This document shows positions 41,601 to 50,092 of a stretch of DNA of 64,000 nucleotides, piece by piece. Each line of letters opens with the position of its first letter. The first letter of the stretch is position 1. The DNA lies in the IMG/VR virus record IMGVR_UViG_3300036766_001722. One strand, given 5' to 3'. Source of the DNA: an uncultured virus (IMG/VR IMGVR_UViG_3300036766_001722) (Duplodnaviria; Heunggongvirae; Uroviricota; Caudoviricetes). The notes under the pieces were generated by a model. The model did not search any database and had not been told where the DNA came from. It worked only from the letters and a program-made list of their open reading frames with translations. The position numbers were made by a program, and so were the translations under genes.

Positions 41601-42581
41601 CCGAAGCAGGTGCAGTCGCGTACGGCGCTGTAGTCGGGGGCTTCCATCACTTGCTCTCCAGGTCGAAGCTCATCTGGTTCAGGTGCTCGTCGTCGTCGAT
41701 GATCGTCATGACCTTGCGGAGCGACGGGCGCGCCGCGAGCACGCGCCGCCCGACTTCCAGCAGGCTGCGCACGGCGACGCCGTTCTCCGGCGACTTCACG
41801 GAGATCGACCCGTCGTCGATCCCGCGCTCCACCAGCTTCACCGCGTCCGCGAGTCTCATCGAGTCGCTCCGTAGTTCTCGTCGAGCATGGAGAGCATCGT
41901 GCGGCTCTTGCCCAGCTCTCGCTCGATGCCCTCCATCAGCACGCTGAGTGCGTCCATCTCCTCGCCCACCGTCTTCCGCCGCTCTTCGAGAGCCGCCACC
42001 TTCTTCCGAAGCACTTCCCGCCCCTGCGCCGCCCACTCGTCGTCTTCCGTCGTGATGTTGCCCGGTCGCCGTCCCGCTCCGTTCGCGGGCTTTGCGGGTG
42101 CCGGAACGGAAGCCGGCCTCGGCTTCGGCGGCGACGCGGCGGCCGGTGGGCTCACGACCGGCTTCTGCGCGAGGAGCGCGAGCGCCGACTCGACCACACC
42201 GGGTTCATCGAACTTGCCTGCGAACGGCGACTGCGTGAGCGACGGCGGAGCGAGCGGCTCGACCGGCTCCGGCCGTTGGTTGCGCCGTTCCCACTTCTTC
42301 CTCGTCGGACTGTTCTCGGGCTGTATCTCGGGCGGCATCAGTTCCAGCTCATTGAAGTGCACCGTCGCCACCCCGGGCTTCCTTCCTTCGATGTTGTCGA
42401 TCACCAACGCCTTCCGCATCACATCAACGACGCGCGCCTTCGCTCGCTTGATCGTCTCTCCCGTCGCCCCGAACCTCGACACCAACCAAATCCAATCGCC
42501 CTTCACCACCTCGCCTTGCTGTGGATGTCGTACCCCGGGGACCGCCATGCGTTCACCTCCTTGATGGACTACGTGTCGGAC

Positions 42582-42610
42582 ACGTTATCCGCCAGTTCCG
42601 TGCCTGTCAA
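42582..42610 (-). promoter_or_regulatory. promoter with operator over -10/TSS
   Basis: TTGACA-N17-TAACGT; ACGTGTCGGACACGT palindrome at 42571-42585. Confidence 0.7.
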
Positions 42611-42659
42611 GCCCTATGGCGCGCTACCCAGCGGCGCGCCTCCGTGGTATCTTCGCGCC

Positions 42660-43088
42660 ATGCCCAAGAACGACCTCACGCTCATCGGAACCACCGGCGA
42701 CAAGGACGCGATCACCTACGGCGGCGGCGTGGTCTACACGCGCAACAACTACGAGCCCGTGTGGGAGTGGATCGACGAGGGTTTCAACGAGCCCGAGACC
42801 GACGAGGACGGCGAGGAGATCGAGAGCGGCGAGGAACAACCGCTCTACCGCGAGACCGTACCCGAGGACGTCTTCGCGGAGCACGACTGGGCGAAGCCGA
42901 CCGAGATGGCCACGAGTCTCGGCACGTCCGTGAAGGAACTGATTCGTCTCGGCCGCGGCGAGGTGATGGAGCGCGTGGAAGCTCTCACCGCCATCGTAGC
43001 CTACTACGGCTCGCACGAGCTGGACGGCTACCCGCTGATGATCACGCGCTCCGGCCTTGAGAAACGCTGGGGCGAAATCCTTCCCTGA
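42660..43088 (+). CDS. hypothetical acidic protein
   Basis: TATCTT-N6-ATG; GDKDAITYGGG. Confidence 0.6.
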   Translation: MPKNDLTLIGTTGDKDAITYGGGVVYTRNNYEPVWEWIDEGFNEPETDEDGEEIESGEEQPLYRETVPEDVFAEHDWAKPTEMATSLGTSVKELIRLGRGEVMERVEALTAIVAYYGSHELDGYPLMITRSGLEKRWGEILP

Positions 43089-43957
43089 AAGCCGAACGCC
43101 CCGGATTTCTCCGAGGCGTCGGTCGCCGGGCGCGGTCTGCGCTCAATGGCTCCGCGCGTATACCGGCGCGTGCGGTGTGCGAGGCGAACCCCGCTTGCCC
43201 TGGCTCACCAGGACACCCAGCCGCCCGTACGCTTCTTCGGTGCGACGTCGTCCCAGCGTGCCTCACGCAGGAGCTGCGAGCAGCGCGCTCGGTATAGCCG
43301 CTGCGTCTGCTTCCGCGCCCACTGCTTCTCCTTGCTGTAGTTGACGCAGTGTCCCTTCGTCTTCCATGAACGAGCCATGCAGTCCTCCGGCCCGGCTGAT
43401 GCCGGTACCTAGAAGACCGCTTGCCTCTCGATGACGATCACTTCTCCTCCTCATCGGGAGCGCAGTCCTCGCACGCGCCGCTCTCGTAGATGCTCGGCCG
43501 GCCGCAGCCGCACTGCGGACCGCCAGGCGCGAGGGGACGATGACCACCGTGCGACTTGCCGCAGCGACACGGCAGAGTCCACTCGTCGGTCTTCTCGTCG
43601 TCGTCCTCGAAGTCCGTGGCGATCAGACGAGCGTCAGGTCTTGCAGCCGGACGCTGTGCTTCGCGGTGCCCTTGCCGACGAGGATCGTAACGGGGACGAG
43701 CACGGCACGGCTGCCCTTCTTCTTGGTGAAGCCGGACTTGCTCGCGTAAACGGCCTTCATCATGCCTGTGAGGCGCGCCCTCGACTCACGCTCGAGCCAG
43801 GCAGGGACGCGAACCTCGACGTCCACCTTCTTGCCCTTCGCGTTTTCGACCGCGCTCACCAGTTCGCTCATCTTCATTTTGTCGTTCCGATCTCCTGTTG
43901 CAATAACAATGTGTCGGACATCTTCTCAGTCGTCAAGAGCCAAGTACACTATGTGGA

Positions 43958-44983
43958 GTGACCCTACATGCGCTGCCACCGCCCGCTGTACCCGGCGCTC
44001 CCCGTGATCCACGCGTCGAACGCGCGATGCGAGTCAAGCTCGCGATCCACGCCTTCCTCGCTCAGCATGGAGTGCACACGCGCAGAGCGTACCGCGACTC
44101 CATCCGGCAGTTCTTCGAGATGTTCGAGTGGGTCGATCCCGCTGACGTCACGCTGCCGCACGCGGTGAGCTTCAAGCGGCGCCTCATCGACACCGGCCGC
44201 AGCGATGCGACGGTCTACGCGCGCATCAGCGCCCTCGCCTCGCTCTTCACGTTCCTCGGCAAGCCGCAGTTCGGCGGCAAGCCGATGGTCACCACGAACC
44301 CGTTCACCGGCGTGAACCGGTCGGACGTGAAGCCGACACCGTACGGCCGAGCACGCGTCGCGGACTGGGTGACCTTCCAGAAGCTAATCGACGCGATTCC
44401 CTCGACGCCGCTCGGCTTCCGCGACAAGGCCATCCTGCTCTTCCTCGCCGCCACCGGACGACGCCGCTCCGAGGTCGCGAACCTCCGCATCCGCGACCTC
44501 GACCTGCGCGGCGCGGCGCCACGCTACACAGTCCGCATGAAGGGCAACCGCATCGCGACCTTCGAGCTGCCAACGATTGTGCTCGAAGCGCTCACGGCGT
44601 ATTGGACGGCCGCGGGACGTAGCGGCTCAATGAGACCCGACAGCGGCGTCTTCACCGCGTGGCGAGGCAGCGCAATCACCGAGCACCATGACGAGCACGC
44701 ACCGATCGACCCACGCTCGATCAACCACATCCTCAGACGCTGGGCGCTACGGGCGAACATCAAGCCCGAGACGATCCCGGTCCACTCGCTCCGCCACATG
44801 GCGGCCCACGATCTCGACGCCGCTAACATGCGCATCCAGGACATCCAGCAGTTCCTCGGGCAGATCCATTTGAACAGCACGGCGATCTACGTGAACCGTC
44901 TGAACTCGGTCGGGCCGGCACACGAAGAAGTCCTCACGCGAGCCCGCGAGCGCGTGCTCGAAGCGGCTCGACGCGCTCGCTGA
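43958..44983 (+). CDS. tyrosine recombinase/integrase
   Basis: TRRAY, RDKAIL...TGRRRSEV, KG, HSLRH, FLGQ...TAIY. Confidence 0.92.
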   Translation: MTLHALPPPAVPGAPRDPRVERAMRVKLAIHAFLAQHGVHTRRAYRDSIRQFFEMFEWVDPADVTLPHAVSFKRRLIDTGRSDATVYARISALASLFTFLGKPQFGGKPMVTTNPFTGVNRSDVKPTPYGRARVADWVTFQKLIDAIPSTPLGFRDKAILLFLAATGRRRSEVANLRIRDLDLRGAAPRYTVRMKGNRIATFELPTIVLEALTAYWTAAGRSGSMRPDSGVFTAWRGSAITEHHDEHAPIDPRSINHILRRWALRANIKPETIPVHSLRHMAAHDLDAANMRIQDIQQFLGQIHLNSTAIYVNRLNSVGPAHEEVLTRARERVLEAARRAR

Positions 44984-44994
44984 ACTATCAGCCG

Positions 44995-45021
44995 GCTATC
45001 AACCCGTGACGGATTGATAGC
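44995..45021. terminator. hairpin between convergent integrase and tRNA array
   Basis: GCTATCAA.CCG-TGA-CGG.TTGATAGC. Confidence 0.5.
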
Positions 45022-45024
45022 TCG

Positions 45025-45100
45025 TGGTTCGGGGAGCCGGATTCGAACCGGCATCGTCTCGATTCAAAGTCGAGCAGACCTACCGTTAGTCGATCCCCGA
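45025..45100 (-). tRNA. tRNA-Gln(TTG)
   Basis: Loop CTTTGAA, CCA. Confidence 0.9.
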
Positions 45101-45101
45101 G

Positions 45102-45174
45102 CACTGCCGACGGGAGTCGAACCCGCGAACCCCGCCTTGAAAGAGCGGTGACCTTGCCTCCGGTCTACGGCAGC
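45102..45174 (-). tRNA. tRNA-Glu(TTC)
   Basis: Loop CTTTCAA. Confidence 0.85.
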
Positions 45175-45175
45175 A

Positions 45176-45251
45176 TGGAGCCCTCGGCCGGAACCGACCC
45201 GGCAACCTCCGGCTTACGAAACCGGCGCTCTTCCAGTTGAGCTACGAGGAC
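45176..45251 (-). tRNA. tRNA-Thr(CGT)
   Basis: Loop TTCGTAA, CCA. Confidence 0.85.
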
Positions 45252-45252
45252 G

Positions 45253-45323
45253 TGGAGCCGGCTGCGAGAATCGAACTCGCTGCGCCATCCTTACAGGGGA
45301 CGGCTGCCACCATGGCCACCGGC
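45253..45323 (-). tRNA. tRNA-Thr(TGT)
   Basis: Loop CCTGTAA, short D-arm, CCA. Confidence 0.75.
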
Positions 45324-45340
45324 GAACAGGATTCCCTTCG
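45324..45340. repeat. 17-bp inverted repeat arm (partner 48614-48630)
   Basis: GAACAGGATTCCCTTCG is the exact reverse complement of CGAAGGGAATCCTGTTC. Confidence 0.9.
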
Positions 45341-45341
45341 A

Positions 45342-45417
45342 TGGAGCAGACGGCGGGGCTCGAACCCGCGACCTCCGGACTGGCAGACCGGCATTCTTCC
45401 AACTGAACTACGCCTGC
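45342..45417 (-). tRNA. tRNA-Gly(GCC)
   Basis: Loop CTGCCAG, CCA. Confidence 0.9.
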
Positions 45418-45424
45418 GTGATAG

Positions 45425-45496
45425 TCGGGATGACAGGGATCGAACCTGCGACCTCTCGTCCCCCAGACGAGCGCGCTTCCACTGCGCTACACCCCG
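45425..45496 (-). tRNA. tRNA-Pro(GGG)
   Basis: Loop CTGGGGG. Confidence 0.9.
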
Positions 45497-45548
45497 ATGC
45501 GACCGCCGCCCCGGGCGCGGCGGGATCAGACGCGCCCGGGGCTGACGA

Positions 45549-46079
45549 TCAAGAGCCCTCGTCGAGGGCCACGTTCCAGAACACCCAGCTCACCCACGCG
45601 TCAGGTACCGACCCCGTGTCGAAGCGCATCGTGATCACCGGCAAGAACGTTGGCTTCACGGGCGCCCTGCGGAGCTTCATGCCTGCCTCCGCCGGTGTCC
45701 GGTCTGCCTTGTGCTCGTTGCACGGGTAGCAGCTCATCACAATGTTTTCCCACGTCGTGCGCCCGCCCTGCGACCGCGGCTTGACGTGATCGTAGGTGAG
45801 CTTCGAGAGCGACTTCTTCACGCCGCAGTACTGGCACGTGTAGTCGTCGCGCGTCGCGACGTTGATGCGGCTGAACTTCACCGCCCGCTTAGTGCCGCGG
45901 ATCCTGTGCAGAAGCCGGACTACAGCCGGCATCTTGATGGAGAACGAGACGCTGCGGATCTCTTCATCGTACGACTCGAGAATTTCGATCTTCTCGTCGA
46001 ACCACATGCACACCGCGCGCTGCCAGCTCACCACGCGGTGAGGCTGGTAACCTTGGTCCAGGACTAGCACTCTATTCAC
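45549..46079 (-). CDS. HNH endonuclease
   Basis: RDDYTCQYCG...LTYDHVKPRSQGG...WENIV.SC..CN..K. Confidence 0.93.
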   Translation of the reverse strand: MNRVLVLDQGYQPHRVVSWQRAVCMWFDEKIEILESYDEEIRSVSFSIKMPAVVRLLHRIRGTKRAVKFSRINVATRDDYTCQYCGVKKSLSKLTYDHVKPRSQGGRTTWENIVMSCYPCNEHKADRTPAEAGMKLRRAPVKPTFLPVITMRFDTGSVPDAWVSWVFWNVALDEGS

Positions 46080-46690
46080 GGATCACCTGCCTTCCCACGC
46101 ACAATCTGGGCGTGCGTCCACCCATGGTAGTATCTTCTGTATAGCGTTCGTGTGCTCTGTCCAGTAATCTCTGCCCATTCCGCAAGCGGCCGTGAGATAC
46201 CATCTACCGTCAGAGCGATCGACGTACGCTTGTTTCTTTGCTGGACTGACGACGTAGTCCATCGACAGTTATCTGGCGCGTATCCCAGGTCATTGTTGAT
46301 GCGATCGAGGCTATGGCGACGGCTCGGTCGGCGTCCCATGTCGTAAAGAAAGTTCTTGTAGCCATCAGTGCCAAGCCACCGATCGCAGACGTCTATCCCA
46401 CGACCACCATACATTTCGTTGCTCTTGTCACGGCACCGGCGCGTCATATTTGCCCAGACGTAGTACTCCGGAGTTCGACTGGCTTCTCCGTGCTTCGTGT
46501 TTTCACTCATACGAAGCGATGCCGCACGCCTAGCGCACTCGCCACACTGCTTGGCGCGACCATGACGTAGTCGTGAAACAATAATGTCGCATTCATATCC
46601 GCATACACACCTGACGCGAGCCATCCGGTGCCCCCATTTACCGATGCCAGCGTCAGCCACCACCGTCCATGAACCGAATACATTGGTCAC
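46076..46690 (-). CDS. HNH homing endonuclease-like protein
   Basis: CVCG, YGGRGIDVCDRW, SLDRINNDLGYAPDNCRW. Confidence 0.88.
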   Translation of the reverse strand: MTNVFGSWTVVADAGIGKWGHRMARVRCVCGYECDIIVSRLRHGRAKQCGECARRAASLRMSENTKHGEASRTPEYYVWANMTRRCRDKSNEMYGGRGIDVCDRWLGTDGYKNFLYDMGRRPSRRHSLDRINNDLGYAPDNCRWTTSSVQQRNKRTSIALTVDGISRPLAEWAEITGQSTRTLYRRYYHGWTHAQIVRGKAGDP

Positions 46691-46733
46691 ACGATCATGC
46701 CTACCACAGCGTGGCCATTCTGTCTAGCAGCGG

Positions 46734-46807
46734 TGCGAGCGGCGGGAGTCGAACCCGCAACTTCCTGCTCTTGAGACAGGCGCGTCTGCCAGTTGCGCCA
46801 CGCTCGC
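46734..46807 (-). tRNA. tRNA-Leu(CAA), short variable arm
   Basis: Loop CTCAAGA. Confidence 0.8.
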
Positions 46808-46809
46808 GT

Positions 46810-46884
46810 TGGTACCCGGTGAGAATTACGATATCTCGACCCTCCGCTTGTAGGGCGGATGCTCTGCCTCTGAGCTAACCGGGC
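46810..46884 (-). tRNA. tRNA-Val(TAC)
   Basis: Loop CCTACAA, CCA. Confidence 0.85.
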
Positions 46885-46885
46885 A

Positions 46886-46960
46886 TGGTCTGAGTGACTG
46901 GAATCGAACCAGCAATCCCTCCGCCCCAAACGGAGTGCGATACCGCTTCGCTACACTCAG
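46886..46960 (-). tRNA. tRNA-Pro(TGG)
   Basis: Loop TTTGGGG, CCA. Confidence 0.9.
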
Positions 46961-46961
46961 A

Positions 46962-47038
46962 TGGTCGGGGTAGTGGGCTTCGCTCCCACGGCCTTCCGGT
47001 CCCGGACCGGACGCTCTTCTGGACTGAGCTATACCCCG
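46962..47038 (-). tRNA. tRNA-Pro(CGG)
   Basis: Loop TCCGGGA, CCA. Confidence 0.85.
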
Positions 47039-47142
47039 GTGACTCGGATGGCAGCCCTGCAGGACTGACACTTTTCTTCCCAGCAGCACCGGTCTGCCGC
47101 TGCGTACGCATCGAGCTGCCTGTCACAGCCTCTCGACGTGGA

Positions 47143-47215
47143 TGGTCCCTCCGCACGGAATCGAACCGCGCGCAACGGGCTCATGAAACCCATGGCCTAG
47201 TCCATAGGCGGAGGG
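47143..47215 (-). tRNA. tRNA-CAT (Met or Ile2)
   Basis: Loop TTCATGA, CCA. Confidence 0.75.
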
Positions 47216-47217
47216 AT

Positions 47218-47294
47218 TGGTTGCGGGGGATGGAATCGAACCACCGTCAGAGCAGGGTTATGAGCCCTGTCCGGGAGCCAGCACCCTCCCCGCG
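47218..47294 (-). tRNA. tRNA-fMet(CAT)
   Basis: C1:A72 mismatch, GGG/CCC anticodon stem, loop CTCATAA. Confidence 0.85.
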
Positions 47295-47295
47295 G

Positions 47296-47367
47296 CGCCT
47301 TCAGCAAGATTCGAACTTGCAATCCGACCTTCGGAGGGTCGTGTGATATCCGTTTCACTATGAAGGC
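47296..47367 (-). tRNA. tRNA-Arg(CCG)
   Basis: Loop CTCCGAA. Confidence 0.88.
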
Positions 47368-47369
47368 AG

Positions 47370-47444
47370 TGGCGGTCTCGGAGGGATTTGAACCCCCATA
47401 GCTCGCTCCGTAGGCGAGTGCCCTATCCATTGGACGACGAGACC
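47370..47444 (-). tRNA. tRNA-Arg(ACG)
   Basis: Loop CTACGGA, CCA. Confidence 0.9.
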
Positions 47445-47460
47445 ATGTGTTACTCCTTAG

Positions 47461-47535
47461 CGCGATCGGCGGGACTCGAACCCGCATCATCCGATTACGG
47501 TACACAGGTTTAGAAGGCCCGGCCGATACGATCGC
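47461..47535 (-). tRNA. atypical tRNA, probably Arg(TCT), reduced D-arm
   Basis: GCGATCG/CGATCGC acceptor, GCGGGTTCGAGTCCCGC, loop CTTCTAA. Confidence 0.55.
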
Positions 47536-47536
47536 A

Positions 47537-47611
47537 TGGAGACGCGAGCCAGAATCGAACTGGTCCACAACTGCTTTTGCAGAGCAGTGCCATCCCCAGA
47601 TGGATCGCGTC
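47537..47611 (-). tRNA. tRNA-Cys(GCA)
   Basis: Loop CTGCAAA, U73, CCA. Confidence 0.88.
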
Positions 47612-47612
47612 A

Positions 47613-47686
47613 TGGAGCGGGTGACCCGAATCGAACGGGCATTCTAAGGTTGGAAGCCTCACGTCTTGCCATTAGACGACACCCGC
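47613..47686 (-). tRNA. tRNA-Gly(TCC)
   Basis: Loop CTTCCAA, CCA. Confidence 0.9.
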
Positions 47687-47687
47687 A

Positions 47688-47762
47688 TGGAGCTGCTGCC
47701 GGTGCTCGCACCCGGCTCTCTCCCTTACCGAGGGAGTGCGTCGCTTTCAACGCTTCAGCAGC
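47688..47762 (-). tRNA. tRNA-Thr(GGT)
   Basis: Loop TCGGTAA, CCA. Confidence 0.85.
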
Positions 47763-47763
47763 A

Positions 47764-47838
47764 TGGTGGAGCCGGCGAGAATCGAACTCGCATCTCTGCG
47801 GTGCAAGCGCAGTGTCTTCCCGTTAGACAGACGGCCCC
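47764..47838 (-). tRNA. tRNA-Ala(TGC)
   Basis: G3:U70, loop CTTGCAC, CCA. Confidence 0.9.
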
Positions 47839-47839
47839 G

Positions 47840-47916
47840 TGGTGGGCGCAGTCGGGATTGAACCGACGACCTCTCGATTATCGATCGAGTGCTCTCCCTA
47901 GCTGAGCTATGCGCCC
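47840..47916 (-). tRNA. tRNA-Ile(GAT)
   Basis: Loop TCGATAA, CCA. Confidence 0.9.
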
Positions 47917-47924
47917 ATGCGATT

Positions 47925-48001
47925 TGGGGTGACCGACGGGATACGATCCCGCAACCTCCCGGGCCACATCCGGGCGCTCTTCCAGTTGAGCTACGGCCAC
48001 C
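47925..48001 (-). tRNA. tRNA-His(GTG)
   Basis: G-1, loop ATGTGGC, CCA. Confidence 0.88.
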
Positions 48002-48012
48002 ATGATGATCAG

Positions 48013-48085
48013 CGCCCTCCCCCCGAGTCGAACGGAGACCTTGTCGTTCAGGAAACGACTGCTCTATCCATTGAGCTAGAAGGGC
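48013..48085 (-). tRNA. tRNA-Arg(CCT)
   Basis: Loop TTCCTGA. Confidence 0.88.
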
Positions 48086-48089
48086 TTAG

Positions 48090-48162
48090 CGTCGCTACGG
48101 CGACTTGAACGCCGGTTCCCGCCGTGAGAGAGCGGTGTCCTTGGCCACTAGACGATAGCGAC
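48090..48162 (-). tRNA. tRNA-Glu(CTC)
   Basis: Loop CTCTCAC. Confidence 0.88.
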
Positions 48163-48164
48163 AA

Positions 48165-48240
48165 TGGTGGACGGACCCGGAATTGAACCTGGTTCTCACG
48201 CTCTTCAGGCGCGCGCTATGACCACACTAGCTCTCCGTCC
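48165..48240 (-). tRNA. tRNA-Phe(GAA)
   Basis: Loop CTGAAGA, CCA. Confidence 0.9.
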
Positions 48241-48309
48241 TTGGAGCCCCGGTCCCTCACGGGCCGAGGCGCCCCGTTGCTGTGAGCATCAGCTTTCTAG
48301 CCCAGAGGG

Positions 48310-48381
48310 CGCGACGTACGGGAATCGAACCCGTCTCACTCGATCGACAATCGAGCTGCGACGCCAGTCGCATCACGTCGC
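48310..48381 (-). tRNA. tRNA-Asp(GTC)
   Basis: Loop TTGTCGA. Confidence 0.88.
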
Positions 48382-48394
48382 ATGACGATCACGT

Positions 48395-48466
48395 TGGCAG
48401 GCCGGGAAGGAATCGAACCCTCTCGCGGGGACTTGGAAACCCCGCCGCTACCATCGCGTCCGACCT
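48395..48466 (-). tRNA. tRNA-Trp(CCA)
   Basis: Loop TTCCAAG, CCA. Confidence 0.8.
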
Positions 48467-48467
48467 A

Positions 48468-48543
48468 TGGCTGCACGAGCAAGACTCGAACTTGCGACTT
48501 TCTCCTTAACGGGGAGCCACTCTACCATCTGAGTTATCGTGCA
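48468..48543 (-). tRNA. tRNA-Asn(GTT)
   Basis: Loop CCGTTAA, CCA. Confidence 0.88.
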
Positions 48544-48613
48544 ATACCGCCGCGGGCCGCATGCGTTTGGGACGCGCACGCGTGCTCCGCGACCGGCAGC
48601 TCCGCAGAGCTGC

Positions 48614-48645
48614 CGAAGGGAATCCTGTTCAGTTGTCAGAGAGCG
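48614..48645 (-). promoter_or_regulatory. boxA-like antitermination motif followed by 5' arm of long-range stem
   Basis: CGCTCTCTGACAACTGAACAGGATTCCCTTCG resembles rrn boxA (TGCTCTTTAACA). Confidence 0.55.
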
Positions 48646-48652
48646 GTACTAC

Positions 48653-48727
48653 TGGTTCCCAGCCGAGGATTCGAACCTCGAATTTCTCGGTTCAGAGCCG
48701 AGCGTCCTACCGTTAGACGAGCCGGGA
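48653..48727 (-). tRNA. tRNA-Gln(CTG)
   Basis: Loop CTCTGAA, CCA. Confidence 0.9.
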
Positions 48728-48740
48728 ATGCTTCTTCGTG

Positions 48741-48815
48741 TGGTGCCTCGCCACAGAATCGAACTGTGATCGTTCGGGTAAGAACCGAATATGTGAACCG
48801 TTACACCAGCGAGGC
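48741..48815 (-). tRNA. tRNA-Lys(CTT)
   Basis: Loop TTCTTAC, CCA. Confidence 0.88.
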
Positions 48816-48821
48816 GTTCAG

Positions 48822-48894
48822 TGGGAGCGACAGGACTCGAACCTGCTCAGTCCGGCTTAAAGGGCCGGTGCCCGTCCAGTCGGGCGCCACTCCC
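48822..48894 (-). tRNA. tRNA-Lys(TTT)
   Basis: Loop CCTTTAA. Confidence 0.85.
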
Positions 48895-48964
48895 GCGTAG
48901 GGGGGGGGGTGGCCTTGCGTTTGATCGTCATCGCGCTGCGTGGTCCTTTCTCGTCCAGAAACGG

Positions 48965-48996
48965 AAAAGGCCGCCCGGGGGGTTCCCTGGGCGGCC
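48965..48996 (-). terminator. intrinsic terminator in tRNA-array leader
   Basis: GGCCGCCC...GGGCGGCC-TTTT. Confidence 0.75.
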
Positions 48997-49036
48997 TGAG
49001 TCTGCATCCACGTGTCGTGGGATGTGAGGTCTCAGG

Positions 49037-49180
49037 TCACCCGGTAGTACCGCGCTGGTGGCGGATGGCGGGCGCGAAGCAATCCATCGGCTTCCCGACG
49101 ATCACCAAGGCGCACCACGCCGTATTCGGCTTTTCGGCCGAGCACGTCGTCATGGGTTGCCTGATGGTTCTGGAAAGCAT
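49037..49180 (-). CDS. putative 47-aa leader peptide
   Basis: MLSRTIRQPMTTCSAEKPNTAWCALVIVGKPMDCFAPAIRHQRGTTG between promoter and terminator. Confidence 0.5.
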   Translation of the reverse strand: MLSRTIRQPMTTCSAEKPNTAWCALVIVGKPMDCFAPAIRHQRGTTG

Positions 49181-49218
49181 CGCTCGCTCGTGAGGTGGCC
49201 GCGTTGGCCTACCCTCGC

Positions 49219-49247
49219 ACCCTGACCCCGGCGCCAGGGCCTGTCAA
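49219..49247 (-). promoter_or_regulatory. putative promoter of tRNA array
   Basis: TTGACA-N17-CAGGGT. Confidence 0.55.
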
Positions 49248-49549
49248 GAGCTTTTTTCGACTGCCATCACGAGGGCAGAATCGCGTCCTCGTCATCCGAC
49301 AGCACGGCTTCCACGACGTGGCCCGTGCGCGCCGCGAGAATGTCCGCGTCGACGCGCGGGCCGGGGCCGAACTTCTTTCGGTTCTCGTCGTACGTCCTGT
49401 CGACGCACGCGATGACCTCGTCTGCATTCGGGTAGAGCAGCTTCACGAGCGTGAGCGCGTTCGCCGAGCAGAGACGCCGATCGTCCCAGAAGATACGCGT
49501 GGCCGTCCTGTCGATGTCCGTCTCGCCCATGGCGAGGAGTCTACGGCAA

Positions 49550-49888
49550 CTAGCGGAGCAGCGGGAGCGAGCTGAGATCGCGCCAGTACGACGGGCCGCA
49601 CGCGATGGCCGTCAGCTCATCGTCGAGGTCGGGCTCGTGGAACGCGATGAGCTGCTGCCCGTCGTGGTCGGCCAGCACTGCGAGCCAGCTCTCGAGCTTG
49701 TCCTCGTTCTCGACAACGAGGACGATCAGGTTCTCCGGCGGCTTGCCGAAGCGCAGCGTCCACTCGATCAGCGCGTGGCCAACCTGCGCGGTCCGAAGCC
49801 CGACCGGCAGATCGCGACGCGTGATCGCGAAGAGCCGGTCGGGCCTGGAGCGCGGAGAGGGACTTGAACCCTCGACCTCCCGAATCAT
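49550..49888 (-). CDS. peptidyl-tRNA hydrolase 2-like protein
   Basis: LFAITRRDL..G...AQVGHA, LIVL, FHEPDLDDELTAIA...LSSLPL. Confidence 0.8.
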   Translation of the reverse strand: MIREVEGSSPSPRSRPDRLFAITRRDLPVGLRTAQVGHALIEWTLRFGKPPENLIVLVVENEDKLESWLAVLADHDGQQLIAFHEPDLDDELTAIACGPSYWRDLSSLPLLR

Positions 49889-49926
49889 CACTTCGGGTGC
49901 TCTACCTAGATCTGAGCTATCCGCGC
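49846..49926 (-). ncRNA. tRNA-like element, 6-bp anticodon stem, loop GTGATGA
   Basis: GCGCGGA/TCCGCGC acceptor, GGTTCAAGTCC, CCA. Confidence 0.75.
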
Positions 49927-49932
49927 AGACAG

Positions 49933-50006
49933 TGGGCGATGCGGGACTCGGACCCGCCTCTTCGAGATCATCAGTCTCGACGTCTTCCCAGGAAGACCTC
50001 TCGCCC
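49933..50006 (-). ncRNA. tRNA-like element, 6-bp anticodon stem, loop CTGATGA
   Basis: GGGCGA/TCGCCC acceptor, GCGGGTCCGAGTCCCGC. Confidence 0.65.
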
Positions 50007-50007
50007 T

Positions 50008-50092
50008 TGGGGGCTCGGGGAGGTGCTGCCCCTCCTACCTCCACGCGACCCTTGACGGGCAACATGGTGCTCTGCTGTTGAGCTACCGAGCC
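50008..50092 (-). ncRNA. tRNA-like element with extended anticodon arm
   Basis: GGCTCGG/CCGAGCC, TAGCTCAA..AGAGC D-arm, CCA. Confidence 0.65.

Noticed and set aside
43958..45100. Integrase next to tRNA as a prophage att site
   Set aside because: No duplicated tRNA 3' end found in the window, and gene style is the same on both sides.
47461..47535. Amber suppressor (CTA) reading
   Set aside because: Stem pairing supports loop CTTCTAA (TCT); TAG is used as a normal stop in many genes here.
48900..48909. G10 homopolymer as a phase-variation tract
   Set aside because: Non-coding, single occurrence, could be a sequencing artefact.
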